Positions 35,560 to 40,079 of a DNA stretch of 40,079 nucleotides are shown piece after piece (the stretch's first letter is position 1; every line of letters begins with the position of its first letter). The notes beneath the pieces were generated by a model, which worked only from the letters and a program-made list of their open reading frames with translations, was not told where the DNA came from and searched no databases. The translations under genes were made by a program, and so were the position numbers. The DNA comes from Octopus bimaculoides (taxonomy: Eukaryota), in assembly GCF_001194135.2 (NCBI RefSeq), contig NC_068983.1, positions 46,012,700-46,052,778 of the forward strand, in the 5' to 3' direction.

Positions 35560-35880
35560 CAGATTATGCATCTCTGCTTGTGCATGTGTGTGTTTTCTAA
35601 TATTTATGTTAATATACATGTCTTTTAAATCTAATGTATATTATTATTATTATTTAATTTCAGAAAGTAAAAATATAATTAAGGGAGCCAGCATTAGAGG
35701 GTGTCATCGATTAGTAAGCGCTACTGGTGTTGCTAACGAAGAATGTGCAAAAGAATGCAAAAAGAAGCAATGCGAAGCATTCGAATATTCTGAAGAAACG
35801 AAATCCTGTAATTTACTGCTTTCAGCGGACAAAGACTATTTTGACCTTGTGGGTAACGAACACTGGACCTTTTATGATTG
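289..35880 (+). CDS. Partial (5'-incomplete) multi-exon gene for a large Cys-rich extracellular protein: (EGF)x16-VWD-C8-TIL-TILa/EGF-like-PAN-PAN; zonadhesin/FCGBP-like
   Basis: 23 exons with AG/GT boundaries and matching phases (1-1 x16, then 1-0, 0-2, 2-1, 1-0, 0-1, 1-1, 1-2). They total 3403 nt and splice into one open frame with recognisable domain Cys patterns. Confidence 0.9.
412..690 (+). repeat. Tandem pair of 5'-truncated family A SINEs embedded in every A-to-B EGF intron (first copy shown)
   Basis: ttctgttca(a/t)attctaccgag...tttgcctttcaccc...gatcgataaaat...ggggtcgat follows each A-exon donor, at ~412, 3822 (partly deleted), 4998, 7205, 8860 and 11841. Confidence 0.75.
1147..1257 (+). 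CDS. EGF exon 2 (B type) [36 protein letters not shown]
   Basis: ttccag acceptor, gttggt donor; 111 nt. Confidence 0.92.
   Translation: MIHAVAIRVRMEVNVQTREISSNVNVSQDTEEKTVL
1398..1911 (-). mobile_element. Mariner (Tc1/mariner) transposase 5' fragment with internal inversion
   Basis: The minus [32 protein letters not shown]...[25 protein letters not shown] matches the mariner N-terminal HTH. The continuation [24 protein letters not shown] is on the plus strand at 1402-1472. Confidence 0.9.
2563..2611 (-). ncRNA. Minimal type I hammerhead ribozyme-like motif, second copy on the minus strand
   Basis: Same core and stems as 2927-2975; differs only within loop II. Confidence 0.6.
2927..2975 (+). 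ncRNA. Minimal type I hammerhead ribozyme-like motif (U4C core variant)
   Basis: GTCT-CCGATGA-AGGGA(loop)TCCCT-GAAA-C(AGCT)G-TA-AGAC. Stems I, II and III all pair, and loop III is palindromic. Confidence 0.6.
3699..3809 (+). CDS. EGF exon 3 (A type; DPCNSNPCQ...RGDDC)
   Basis: ttttag acceptor, gttagt donor; 111 nt. Confidence 0.92.
   Translation: MIHAIAIHVRMEVNVQTREINSNVNVSQDTEEMIVP
4247..4357 (+). CDS. EGF exon 4 (B type; ...RGEDC)
   Basis: tttcag acceptor, gttggt donor; 111 nt. Confidence 0.92.
   Translation: MIHAVVIRVRMEVNVQTKEISSNVNVSQDTEEKTVL
4875..4985 (+). CDS. EGF exon 5 (A type; ...[10 protein letters not shown])
   Basis: ttttag acceptor, gttagt donor; 111 nt. Confidence 0.9.
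   Translation: MIHAVAIHVRMEVNVQTREISLNVNVSQHTEEMIVP
5892..6002 (+). CDS. EGF exon 6 (B type)
   Basis: tttcag acceptor, gttggt donor; 111 nt; identical to exon 8 by eye. Confidence 0.92.
   Translation: MIHAVVIRVRMEVNVQTREISSNVNVSQDTEEKTVL
6520..6670. repeat. Compound (TACA)n-(GATA)n microsatellite; paralogous copy at 13200-13332
   Basis: Direct reading; lies within the duplicated intron 6 / intron 12 block. Confidence 0.95.
7082..7192 (+). CDS. EGF exon 7 (A type; [19 protein letters not shown])
   Basis: tttcag acceptor, gttagt donor; 111 nt. Confidence 0.92.
   Translation: MIHAVAIHVRMEVNVQTREISSNVNVSQDTEETIVP
7691..7801 (+). CDS. EGF exon 8 (B type)
   Basis: tttcag acceptor, gttggt donor; 111 nt. 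Confidence 0.92.
   Translation: MIHAVVIRVRMEVNVQTREISSNVNVSQDTEEKTVL
8737..8847 (+). CDS. EGF exon 9 (A type; NKEDQFE...RGDDC)
   Basis: tttcag acceptor, gttagt donor; 111 nt. Confidence 0.92.
   Translation: MIHAVAIHVRMEVNVQTRKISSNVNVSQDIEETIVP
9356..9466 (+). CDS. EGF exon 10 (B type)
   Basis: tttcag acceptor, gttggt donor; 111 nt. Confidence 0.92.
   Translation: MIPAVAIRVKMEVNVQTREISSNVNVSQDTEEKTVL
10533..10569 (-). repeat. Inverted 37-nt fragment of the A-type EGF exon 5' end
   Basis: Reverse complement gttgagccatgcagtggcaatccatgtcagaatggag is a 35/37 match to the last intron base plus first 36 nt of exon 1. Confidence 0.9.
11718..11828 (+). CDS. EGF exon 11 (A type; NKEDKFE...RGDDC)
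   Basis: ttgtag acceptor, gttagt donor; 111 nt. Confidence 0.92.
   Translation: MIHAVAIHVKMEVNVQTRKISSNVNVSQDTEEMIVL
12558..12668 (+). CDS. EGF exon 12 (B type; [10 protein letters not shown])
   Basis: tttcag acceptor, gttggt donor; 111 nt. Confidence 0.92.
   Translation: MIHAVVIRVRMEVNVQTREISLNVNVSQDTEEKTVL
14033..14216 (-). mobile_element. tRNA-derived SINE (family B), internally deleted
   Basis: Reverse complement begins ggaggcgcaatggcccagtggttagggcagcgg...gtttcgattccc; matches 34060-34378. Confidence 0.75.
14847..14957 (+). CDS. EGF exon 13 [36 protein letters not shown]
   Basis: ttttag acceptor, gtgggt donor; 111 nt. Confidence 0.9.
   Translation: MIHAAAIRVRMEVNVQTREIGLNVNVFQDTEEMTVQ
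15917..16509. mobile_element. AT-rich foldback/MITE-like element (inverted arms around an N gap, 23-bp internal subrepeats)
   Basis: 16293-16509 is the reverse complement of ~15917-16110; (TA)n at both ends; another copy at 36475-36727. Confidence 0.8.
16524..16611 (+). pseudogene. EGF pseudoexon (exon-13-like): 5' end and acceptor lost, C2 codon region deleted, C4 to W
   Basis: Reads [29 protein letters not shown] followed by the gtgggt donor. The two nearest upstream AGs would give 92- or 98-nt exons, which are out of frame. Confidence 0.85.
16696..16806 (+). CDS. EGF exon 14 [36 protein letters not shown]
   Basis: tttcag acceptor, gttggt donor; 111 nt. Confidence 0.9.
   Translation: MILAIAIHVRTKVNVQTRAISSIANVSRGSEEKTVL
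17128..17238 (+). CDS. EGF exon 15 [36 protein letters not shown]
   Basis: atacag acceptor (weak pyrimidine tract), gttggt donor; 111 nt. Confidence 0.85.
   Translation: MIHAAAIHVRTELIVLTWEINSNVHVSQDTEEKTVL
18354..18464 (+). CDS. EGF exon 16 [36 protein letters not shown]
   Basis: tttcag acceptor, gttagt donor; 111 nt; most diverged repeat. Confidence 0.92.
19505..19826 (+). mobile_element. tRNA-derived SINE (family B), near full length
   Basis: A box TGGCTTAGTGG, B box GAGTTCAATTCC, then tgtgtccttgagcaaggcactt. Its 3' part is shared with 34060-34378 (+), 14033-14216 (-) and 11392-11492 (-); head-only copy at 21516-21596. Confidence 0.85.
19896..20140 (+). CDS. VWD domain exon 1 ([31 protein letters not shown]...)
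   Basis: GDxxYxTFDG...GxCxY VWD signature; ttcag acceptor, gtacgc donor; phase 1-0. Confidence 0.9.
20376..20895 (-). mobile_element. tRNA-derived SINE (family C) with internal microsatellite and gap
   Basis: tttcagtcatttgactgcggtcatgctggagcacc ... ggtcggcccgaggctatagtagaagacacttgcc..ggtgccacgcagt. Partial copies at 13715-13812, 22258-22368, 23457-23620, 25950-26310, 39352-39505 (-) and 39590-39725 (+). Confidence 0.8.
21041..21339 (+). CDS. VWD domain exon 2 (VNSVKKSLP...[10 protein letters not shown]...[10 protein letters not shown]...LGESYRV)
   Basis: GxCG motif and GxSY/W-type VWD end; ttcag acceptor, gtaaga donor; phase 0-2. Confidence 0.9.
22528..22787 (+). CDS. C8 domain exon ([30 protein letters not shown]...[10 protein letters not shown]...[26 protein letters not shown])
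   Basis: F-x-x-C, C-x-x-D-x-C and Y/F-A-x-x-C...W pattern of C8; tgtag acceptor, gtgagt donor; phase 2-1. Confidence 0.88.
26415..26832 (-). mobile_element. Two tandem family A SINEs
   Basis: Two copies of gtcgat..cgacccag..aactggtact..atttatcgaccc..aaaggatgaaaggcaaagtcga. Confidence 0.85.
28270..28821 (+). mobile_element. RTE-clade LINE 3' remnant (Expander/Rex3-like) with (GGAT)n tail
   Basis: Frameshifted [24 protein letters not shown]..., [14 protein letters not shown] and KMSQERIPR...PRSRP motifs; GGAT tail at 28764-28821. Confidence 0.8.
28905..29095 (+). CDS. TIL domain exon ([10 protein letters not shown]...CQPSC...[24 protein letters not shown])
   Basis: TIL consensus as found in FCGBP/zonadhesin; acceptor is an AAG (less common), gtaaga donor; phase 1-0. 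Confidence 0.88.
29461..30050. repeat. Diverged tandem duplication (~260-bp unit, ~340-bp period)
   Basis: 29461-29720 aligns with 29800-30050 (cgctaacaga, cactcaa.tgtg, ataagaatc, gaatttttggaat, aaatcttca.tgtgcc, cagtttcttttgc.ctgta). Confidence 0.8.
30582..30803 (-). mobile_element. Family A SINE
   Basis: Same consensus as 31480-31680 and 26620-26832. Confidence 0.85.
30854..31060 (-). mobile_element. Mariner 3' remnant with TIR
   Basis: With one frameshift the minus strand reads [10 protein letters not shown](L)[22 protein letters not shown], like a mariner C-terminus. TA plus TIR-like CGGGATGGTACTGAAAAGTTCC at 30854. Confidence 0.75.
31231..31414 (+). CDS. TILa / EGF-like exon ([16 protein letters not shown]...[33 protein letters not shown])
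   Basis: Cys pattern like the segment following TIL in zonadhesin-type proteins; ttctag acceptor, gtaagt donor; phase 0-1. Confidence 0.85.
31480..31680 (-). mobile_element. tRNA-derived SINE (family A)
   Basis: Reverse complement has head ggcgagctggcagaatcgttagc and B box gagttcaaattcc, then gtcgactttgcctttc...ggggtcgat. Confidence 0.85.
32075..32255 (+). mobile_element. Family A SINE, degenerate
   Basis: gcgagctgg...aaatgcttagcggcattt...gttctgagttcaaattccgccgaggtcgact. Confidence 0.75.
32420..32650 (+). CDS. PAN/Apple domain exon 1 (...[28 protein letters not shown]...)
   Basis: C-x3-C-x5-C-x-S-x-x-Y-x6-C-x-L core; tttcag acceptor, gtaaaa donor; 231 nt, phase 1-1. Confidence 0.85.
32704..32950 (+). 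mobile_element. Degenerate mariner-like end (related end at 34832-34940)
   Basis: TTGGGGTTGTCAATAAATT / TTAGGTTGTCAAATAAATT resemble mariner TIRs and the two copies share downstream sequence; weak KEIH..ENYG similarity. Confidence 0.35.
34060..34378 (+). mobile_element. SINE family B body (head lost in gap)
   Basis: Shares ttgtcacact...ttaatttcacgagcaggctgttccgttgatcgga with 19505-19826. Confidence 0.75.
34473..34810 (+). mobile_element. Family A SINE plus partial second copy
   Basis: ggcgcgctgacagaattgttag...gttctgagtttaaatt...ggggtcgatgtaatcg. Confidence 0.75.
35278..35495 (+). mobile_element. Family A SINE
   Basis: ggcgatgagctgg...gttctgagttcaatt...gagtcgataaaataagta. Confidence 0.7.
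35664..35880 (+). CDS. PAN/Apple domain exon 2 (...[28 protein letters not shown]...HWTFYD)
   Basis: PAN core C-x3-C-x4-C-x-x-F-x-Y-x6-C-x-L; ttcag acceptor; ends either at the gtaggt donor (35881) or at the in-frame TAG 35882-35884. Confidence 0.85.
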
Positions 35881-35943
35881 GTAGGTTATAAGTAAACTGG
35901 TTTCAAATTCTGGCACAAGGCCAGCAATTTCATACGTATACAT

Positions 35944-35975
<32 letters not shown>

Positions 35976-36474
35976 NNNNNNNNNNNNNNNNNNNNNNNNN
36001 NNNNNNNNNNNNNNNNNNNNNNNNNNNNNNNNNNNNNNNNNNNNNNNNNNNNNNNNNNNNNNNNNNNNNNNNNNNNNNNNNNNNNNNNNNNNNNNNNNNN
36101 NNNNNNNNNNNNNNNNNNNNNNNNNNNNNNNNNNNNNNNNNNNNNNNNNNNNNNNNNNNNNNNNNNNNNNNNNNNNNNNNNNNNNNNNNNNNNNNNNNNN
36201 NNNNNNNNNNNNNNNNNNNNNNNNNNNNNNNNNNNNNNNNNNNNNNNNNNNNNNNNNNNNNNNNNNNNNNNNNNNNNNNNNNNNNNNNNNNNNNNNNNNN
36301 NNNNNNNNNNNNNNNNNNNNNNNNNNNNNNNNNNNNNNNNNNNNNNNNNNNNNNNNNNNNNNNNNNNNNNNNNNNNNNNNNNNNNNNNNNNNNNNNNNNN
36401 NNNNNNNNNNNNNNNNNNNNNNNNNNNNNNNNNNNNNNNNNNNNNNNNNNNNNNNNNNNNNNNNNNNNNNNNNN

Positions 36475-36724
36475 TACCACAGGGTATAGAAAATACGTAT
36501 TCGCCTTTATATATTTAATCCTTTATATTGAACACTCAATATTTCATATATTCAATAAGACATATTCCATATATTCAATAAGACATTCAATGCTTCATTT
36601 CATTGTACCATCCATTTTCATATTATATATTATATATTCCATATTCTATATCCCACATTAATTTTACAAGAATATAAATAAAACATAAAAAACAGACAGA
36701 GTTGGAACTCTTTTAAATAAAATA

Positions 36725-36727
<3 letters not shown>
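36475..36727. mobile_element. Second copy (one arm) of the foldback/MITE-like element
   Basis: Reverse complement of 15917-16186, including the ATTTTATTTAAAAGAGTTCCAAC terminus; the other arm may lie in the preceding gap. Confidence 0.75.
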
Positions 36728-36765
<38 letters not shown>

Positions 36766-36864
36766 TGTGTGTGTGTGTGCATGTGTGTGTGTATATACAG
36801 ATAATGTGTGTGTGTGTGTGTGTGCACGTATGTGTGTATATACAGATAATGTGTGTGTGTGTGT

Positions 36865-37555
36865 GGTCCGCAAGATGTGCTCCTGGATTCTCAGATCTTT
36901 CTGATTCTAGAGATGCTCACACTATCATCCTTCTCTACTCTACTTTTGCCCGACCCCACCTTGAATACTGTTGCCCACTGTAGTCTCCCCATACGAAGCA
37001 ACTCATTATGAAAGTAGAAGCACTCCAGAGATTAATAACAAGAAAGATAGACGGCATGACAGGCATTTATTATTGGGGTCGACTAAAAAAATCAATCTCT
37101 ACTCTCTCCAACGCCGCCAGGAGCGCTACATCATTTGTGTGATATGGAAAATAGCCATCAATATTTCACAAATGATGTTGGCATCAATTTTAAAATCCAC
37201 ACAAGACTTGGCTCCCGTGCTATCTGCCCACTAGAAAATTCGAACTCAAGAGACATAGCAACATTACGACACAACTACTTTACCTCAACCGGTCCAGCTC
37301 TCTTTAATATTATACCAAAATTCATCAACACGGAAACAGATCCCATAAAATTCAAAAGTTCTCAGGACAAATTTCTCCAAAAAATCCCGGACCAACCTCA
37401 TACACCCGGATATGTCTCCAAGAATAATAACTCTTTGGTAGAGTGGACCATGGTGCTCCATGTTTAACTAAAAACTTCACTAGGTAGTGCTATTAAGTTA
37501 AACATGACCTAGGCCTATACTGGCCGAAATCTATTTAAGTCTAAGTTTATAAAAA
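36865..37555 (+). mobile_element. CR1/L2-group LINE ORF2 3' remnant
   Basis: LLYSTFARPHLEYCCPL*SP...VEALQR...RLKKINLYSLQRRQERYII, then FTSTGPALFNIIP...FKSSQDKFL; stops and frameshifts present. Confidence 0.85.
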
Positions 37556-38451
37556 TAAATGAGAAATTCATAAAATACTACAAAACGTACACGTAGGACA
37601 GACACAGAATAACTCTAATTCTTCATCAGTTATCAACCAAAAACACTAATACTTGGTTTCGTGCTTTTAACGATAAGACTGAGAACTTCGTATATCGGCG
37701 GCGCCCGCAAAAGTTGCAGAGAATTAGGACTCGAACAAACAAGGCAATACAGGATGGACGTACGAAATTAAACATGCAATTTGAAACGATAGACGATGAT
37801 GGAATAAATACAGAATAAAGGAGACAGTCAGAATTTTGGATAATTCTTTCGTTCGTGTTAACGAACTCTTCAAGAAAAGTTGAACCAAAATAATAAAAAC
37901 AGAACGTTTCATGTTTTTTTTTTTATATGAATCGAAGAGTGGTGTGTGTTTCGTTGTTTTGTTTAGAAAGGAGAAATTGGGGGGGGGGAGAAAGGGAGGA
38001 AAAGTAAGATAGAGTGCAGGACAATCGAGAAAGAAAAAGAAAAGCAAAGAGGGGAGGGGAGAGAGAGGCGGAGGTTTCTTTTCAATTATGTTGTATTGAT
38101 GTGATTAACCCACTGAAATTTAATTACAATTCCAGAAAGCATTTTTCACTCACCTCTTTCCTTTCTTATTATACACCTATAAGCATATTTGTAAATATAC
38201 ACATTTTCNNNNNNNNNNAAAGATAAAAAAATAACAGAAAAAGATAAGATGGCGGGGAAAGATAGGGAAAGAAACTTCTTTTCAATTATACTGTATCGAT
38301 GTGGTCAACGTATTTAGATTCAATTACAATTCAAGAAGATTTCTTGATTCAGCCACACGTGGTCAATGGCTTTGGGATATAAACACACAAACACCGGTTA
38401 TCAAGTGGTGGTGTGGAACAAACACAGACACGAAGACACACACACACATAC

Positions 38452-38489
<38 letters not shown>

Positions 38490-38682
38490 CCACGAGTTGG
38501 GAGTGAACCTGGAACCATGTGGTCGGAAAGCAAGCTTCTTATCACAAAAATTATAACAACAAAAGGGGGACTCTACCGCGTACACAATGGGTTAGACTAC
38601 TCGCCACTTGTCAGTACTTAATTCGCTGAATTTTTATTTTAAATTAATGTTTTATGACTTATTCTTCTTTTCTTATTTTCAG

Positions 38683-38830
38683 ATTCTCGTTCCAGTTCAC
38701 AATTTAGTGACTTGAAGCCGTTTGAAAATATTAAGAATAAAAAATATATAACTTATGATTCAATAAAATGTATTATTTTATTTATAAAAGAAAACATGTT
38801 AATACATTTCTCAACAAATAAACTGACGTT
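38683..38830 (+). other. Candidate terminal (3' UTR) exon with three AATAAA signals
   Basis: Strong pyrimidine tract plus cag at 38682. AATAAA at 38736, 38762 and 38817, with a U-rich tract downstream. Splicing from 35880 gives a TG|A stop. End coordinate is approximate. Confidence 0.45.
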
Positions 38831-40014
38831 ACAGCATTCCTGCTAAATTAATGAAATTTTCGTTCTTTCGTTTTTTATTTCCTTCGTTCTAAATGTGAGT
38901 GCTAAGAAGCCAACCGTTAAACAGTTTATTTTCCTTATTCTACAGGTAAATTTCATCTTACATGTAGGAAGAACATTAAATAAGCGTACAACTCTGATGT
39001 GGATAATCTAGGACCTAGGTTTCGAACGTTCCAAATTACGTTAATGTAAATTTGATTAGTTCACATCGGCTAGATACACCGAGACAAAATTTCAAATGTC
39101 GCTACATCAATGCCAGTATATACTCGTCTGAACGCCTAGCCATTAACATACCGAAAACATATATATATATAAATTAAATCTAGAGAATCTACTAGAAGAA
39201 ATGCAAGCGCTAGTTTATAAAAACATGTGACATATTAATAAAAATCTGTAAATGTACAACCATCCAGATCTCTGAGTACCTTATTTTTTCTAATATATAA
39301 TACCTGTACGTCACCTCCAAACCTTCTAATATGTATATATATATATATATGATTGGCTTCTCTCAGTTTCCCTCTACGAAATCCACTCACAAGCTTTGAT
39401 CGGCCCGAGGCTAATTGTAGAAGACACTTGCCCAAATTGTCACGCAGTCGGAGTGAACCCAGGTATGTGTGGTTAGCAAGTTAAGTTCTTACCACACAGT
39501 CACACACATATACGCACACATATATGAACGAATGAATGTATGTATGCATGCATAAGTGTTTGTATGTATGTATGTATGTATGTGCGGAAGGTCGGTGTGG
39601 CCAGGAAGCTCGCTTTGCAATTACAAGGATTGGGGTTCAGTCCCACTGCGTGGCGTCTTGGCAAAATGTCTATTATAGCTCGGGCCGACCAAGCTTTGTA
39701 AATGTATTTGGTAAACGAAAACTACGTGGAAACGAGTACGTTCTGTCTTATCTTCGAAACGTCTAGATAGAATAGAGACAGCTGATGAAGGGATATTCCA
39801 AGTGGCTTTCCGTTTTCCTATGTGTTCGTTCCGTTGTCTGTAGTTTATTGTTCTAACGTCCTGTACCCTGATATGCATATATATACACATGTAGATGTAA
39901 GTATGTACATATATGTGTGTATACATGTATATATATTCTTTGTATTATTACATTATTGAACGCACACGTCCTTTTTTGCAAGTAAGTCTACTATTATTCT
40001 GACGTGACTCTATC

Positions 40015-40040
40015 TTTCTATCTATCTATCTATTTATCTG

Positions 40041-40079
<39 letters not shown>
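40015..40079. repeat. (TATC)n microsatellite
   Basis: Direct reading. Confidence 0.95.

Noticed and set aside
1907-36489. Long ORFs in the track rich in X, YI/HT/CV dipeptides
   Set aside because: They are translations of N gaps and (TA)n/(CA)n/(TATG)n microsatellites, not genes
37515-37545. GGCC-tatact-GGCC-GAAA hairpin in the LINE tail, hammerhead-like
   Set aside because: No CUGANGA core and no consistent stems I or III
38925-38952. Pyrimidine tract-CAG|GTAAAT resembling a recursive splice site
   Set aside because: Lies beyond the likely poly(A) signals, is a single short motif expected by chance in AT-rich DNA, and has no supporting exon

Overview
AT-rich, microsatellite- and SINE-dense animal DNA with 13 N-gaps. 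The SINE families look like those of Octopus, which is an inference from memory and not a search. No prokaryotic features are present. The window holds the 3' part of one + strand multi-exon gene; its start and signal peptide lie upstream. I read 23 coding exons with canonical AG/GT sites and consistent phases, giving about 1,134 aa: 16 tandem 111-nt EGF exons, then VWD (2 exons), C8, TIL, TILa/EGF-like, PAN/Apple and PAN/Apple. This resembles zonadhesin/FCGBP/tectorin-type extracellular proteins but with an unusual architecture. EGF exons 1-12 form a homogenised A/B dimer array, and RGD and RGE alternate strictly over exons 1-14. Intronic highlights are a ~530-bp inverted repeat with a minimal hammerhead-like motif in each arm, an antisense 37-nt copy of the EGF exon 5' end, an EGF pseudoexon truncated next to a foldback element, and a mariner fragment with an internal inversion. 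RTE and CR1-like LINE remnants and tRNA-derived SINEs are also present. Most ORFs in the supplied track are microsatellite or N-run artefacts. All comparisons were made by eye.
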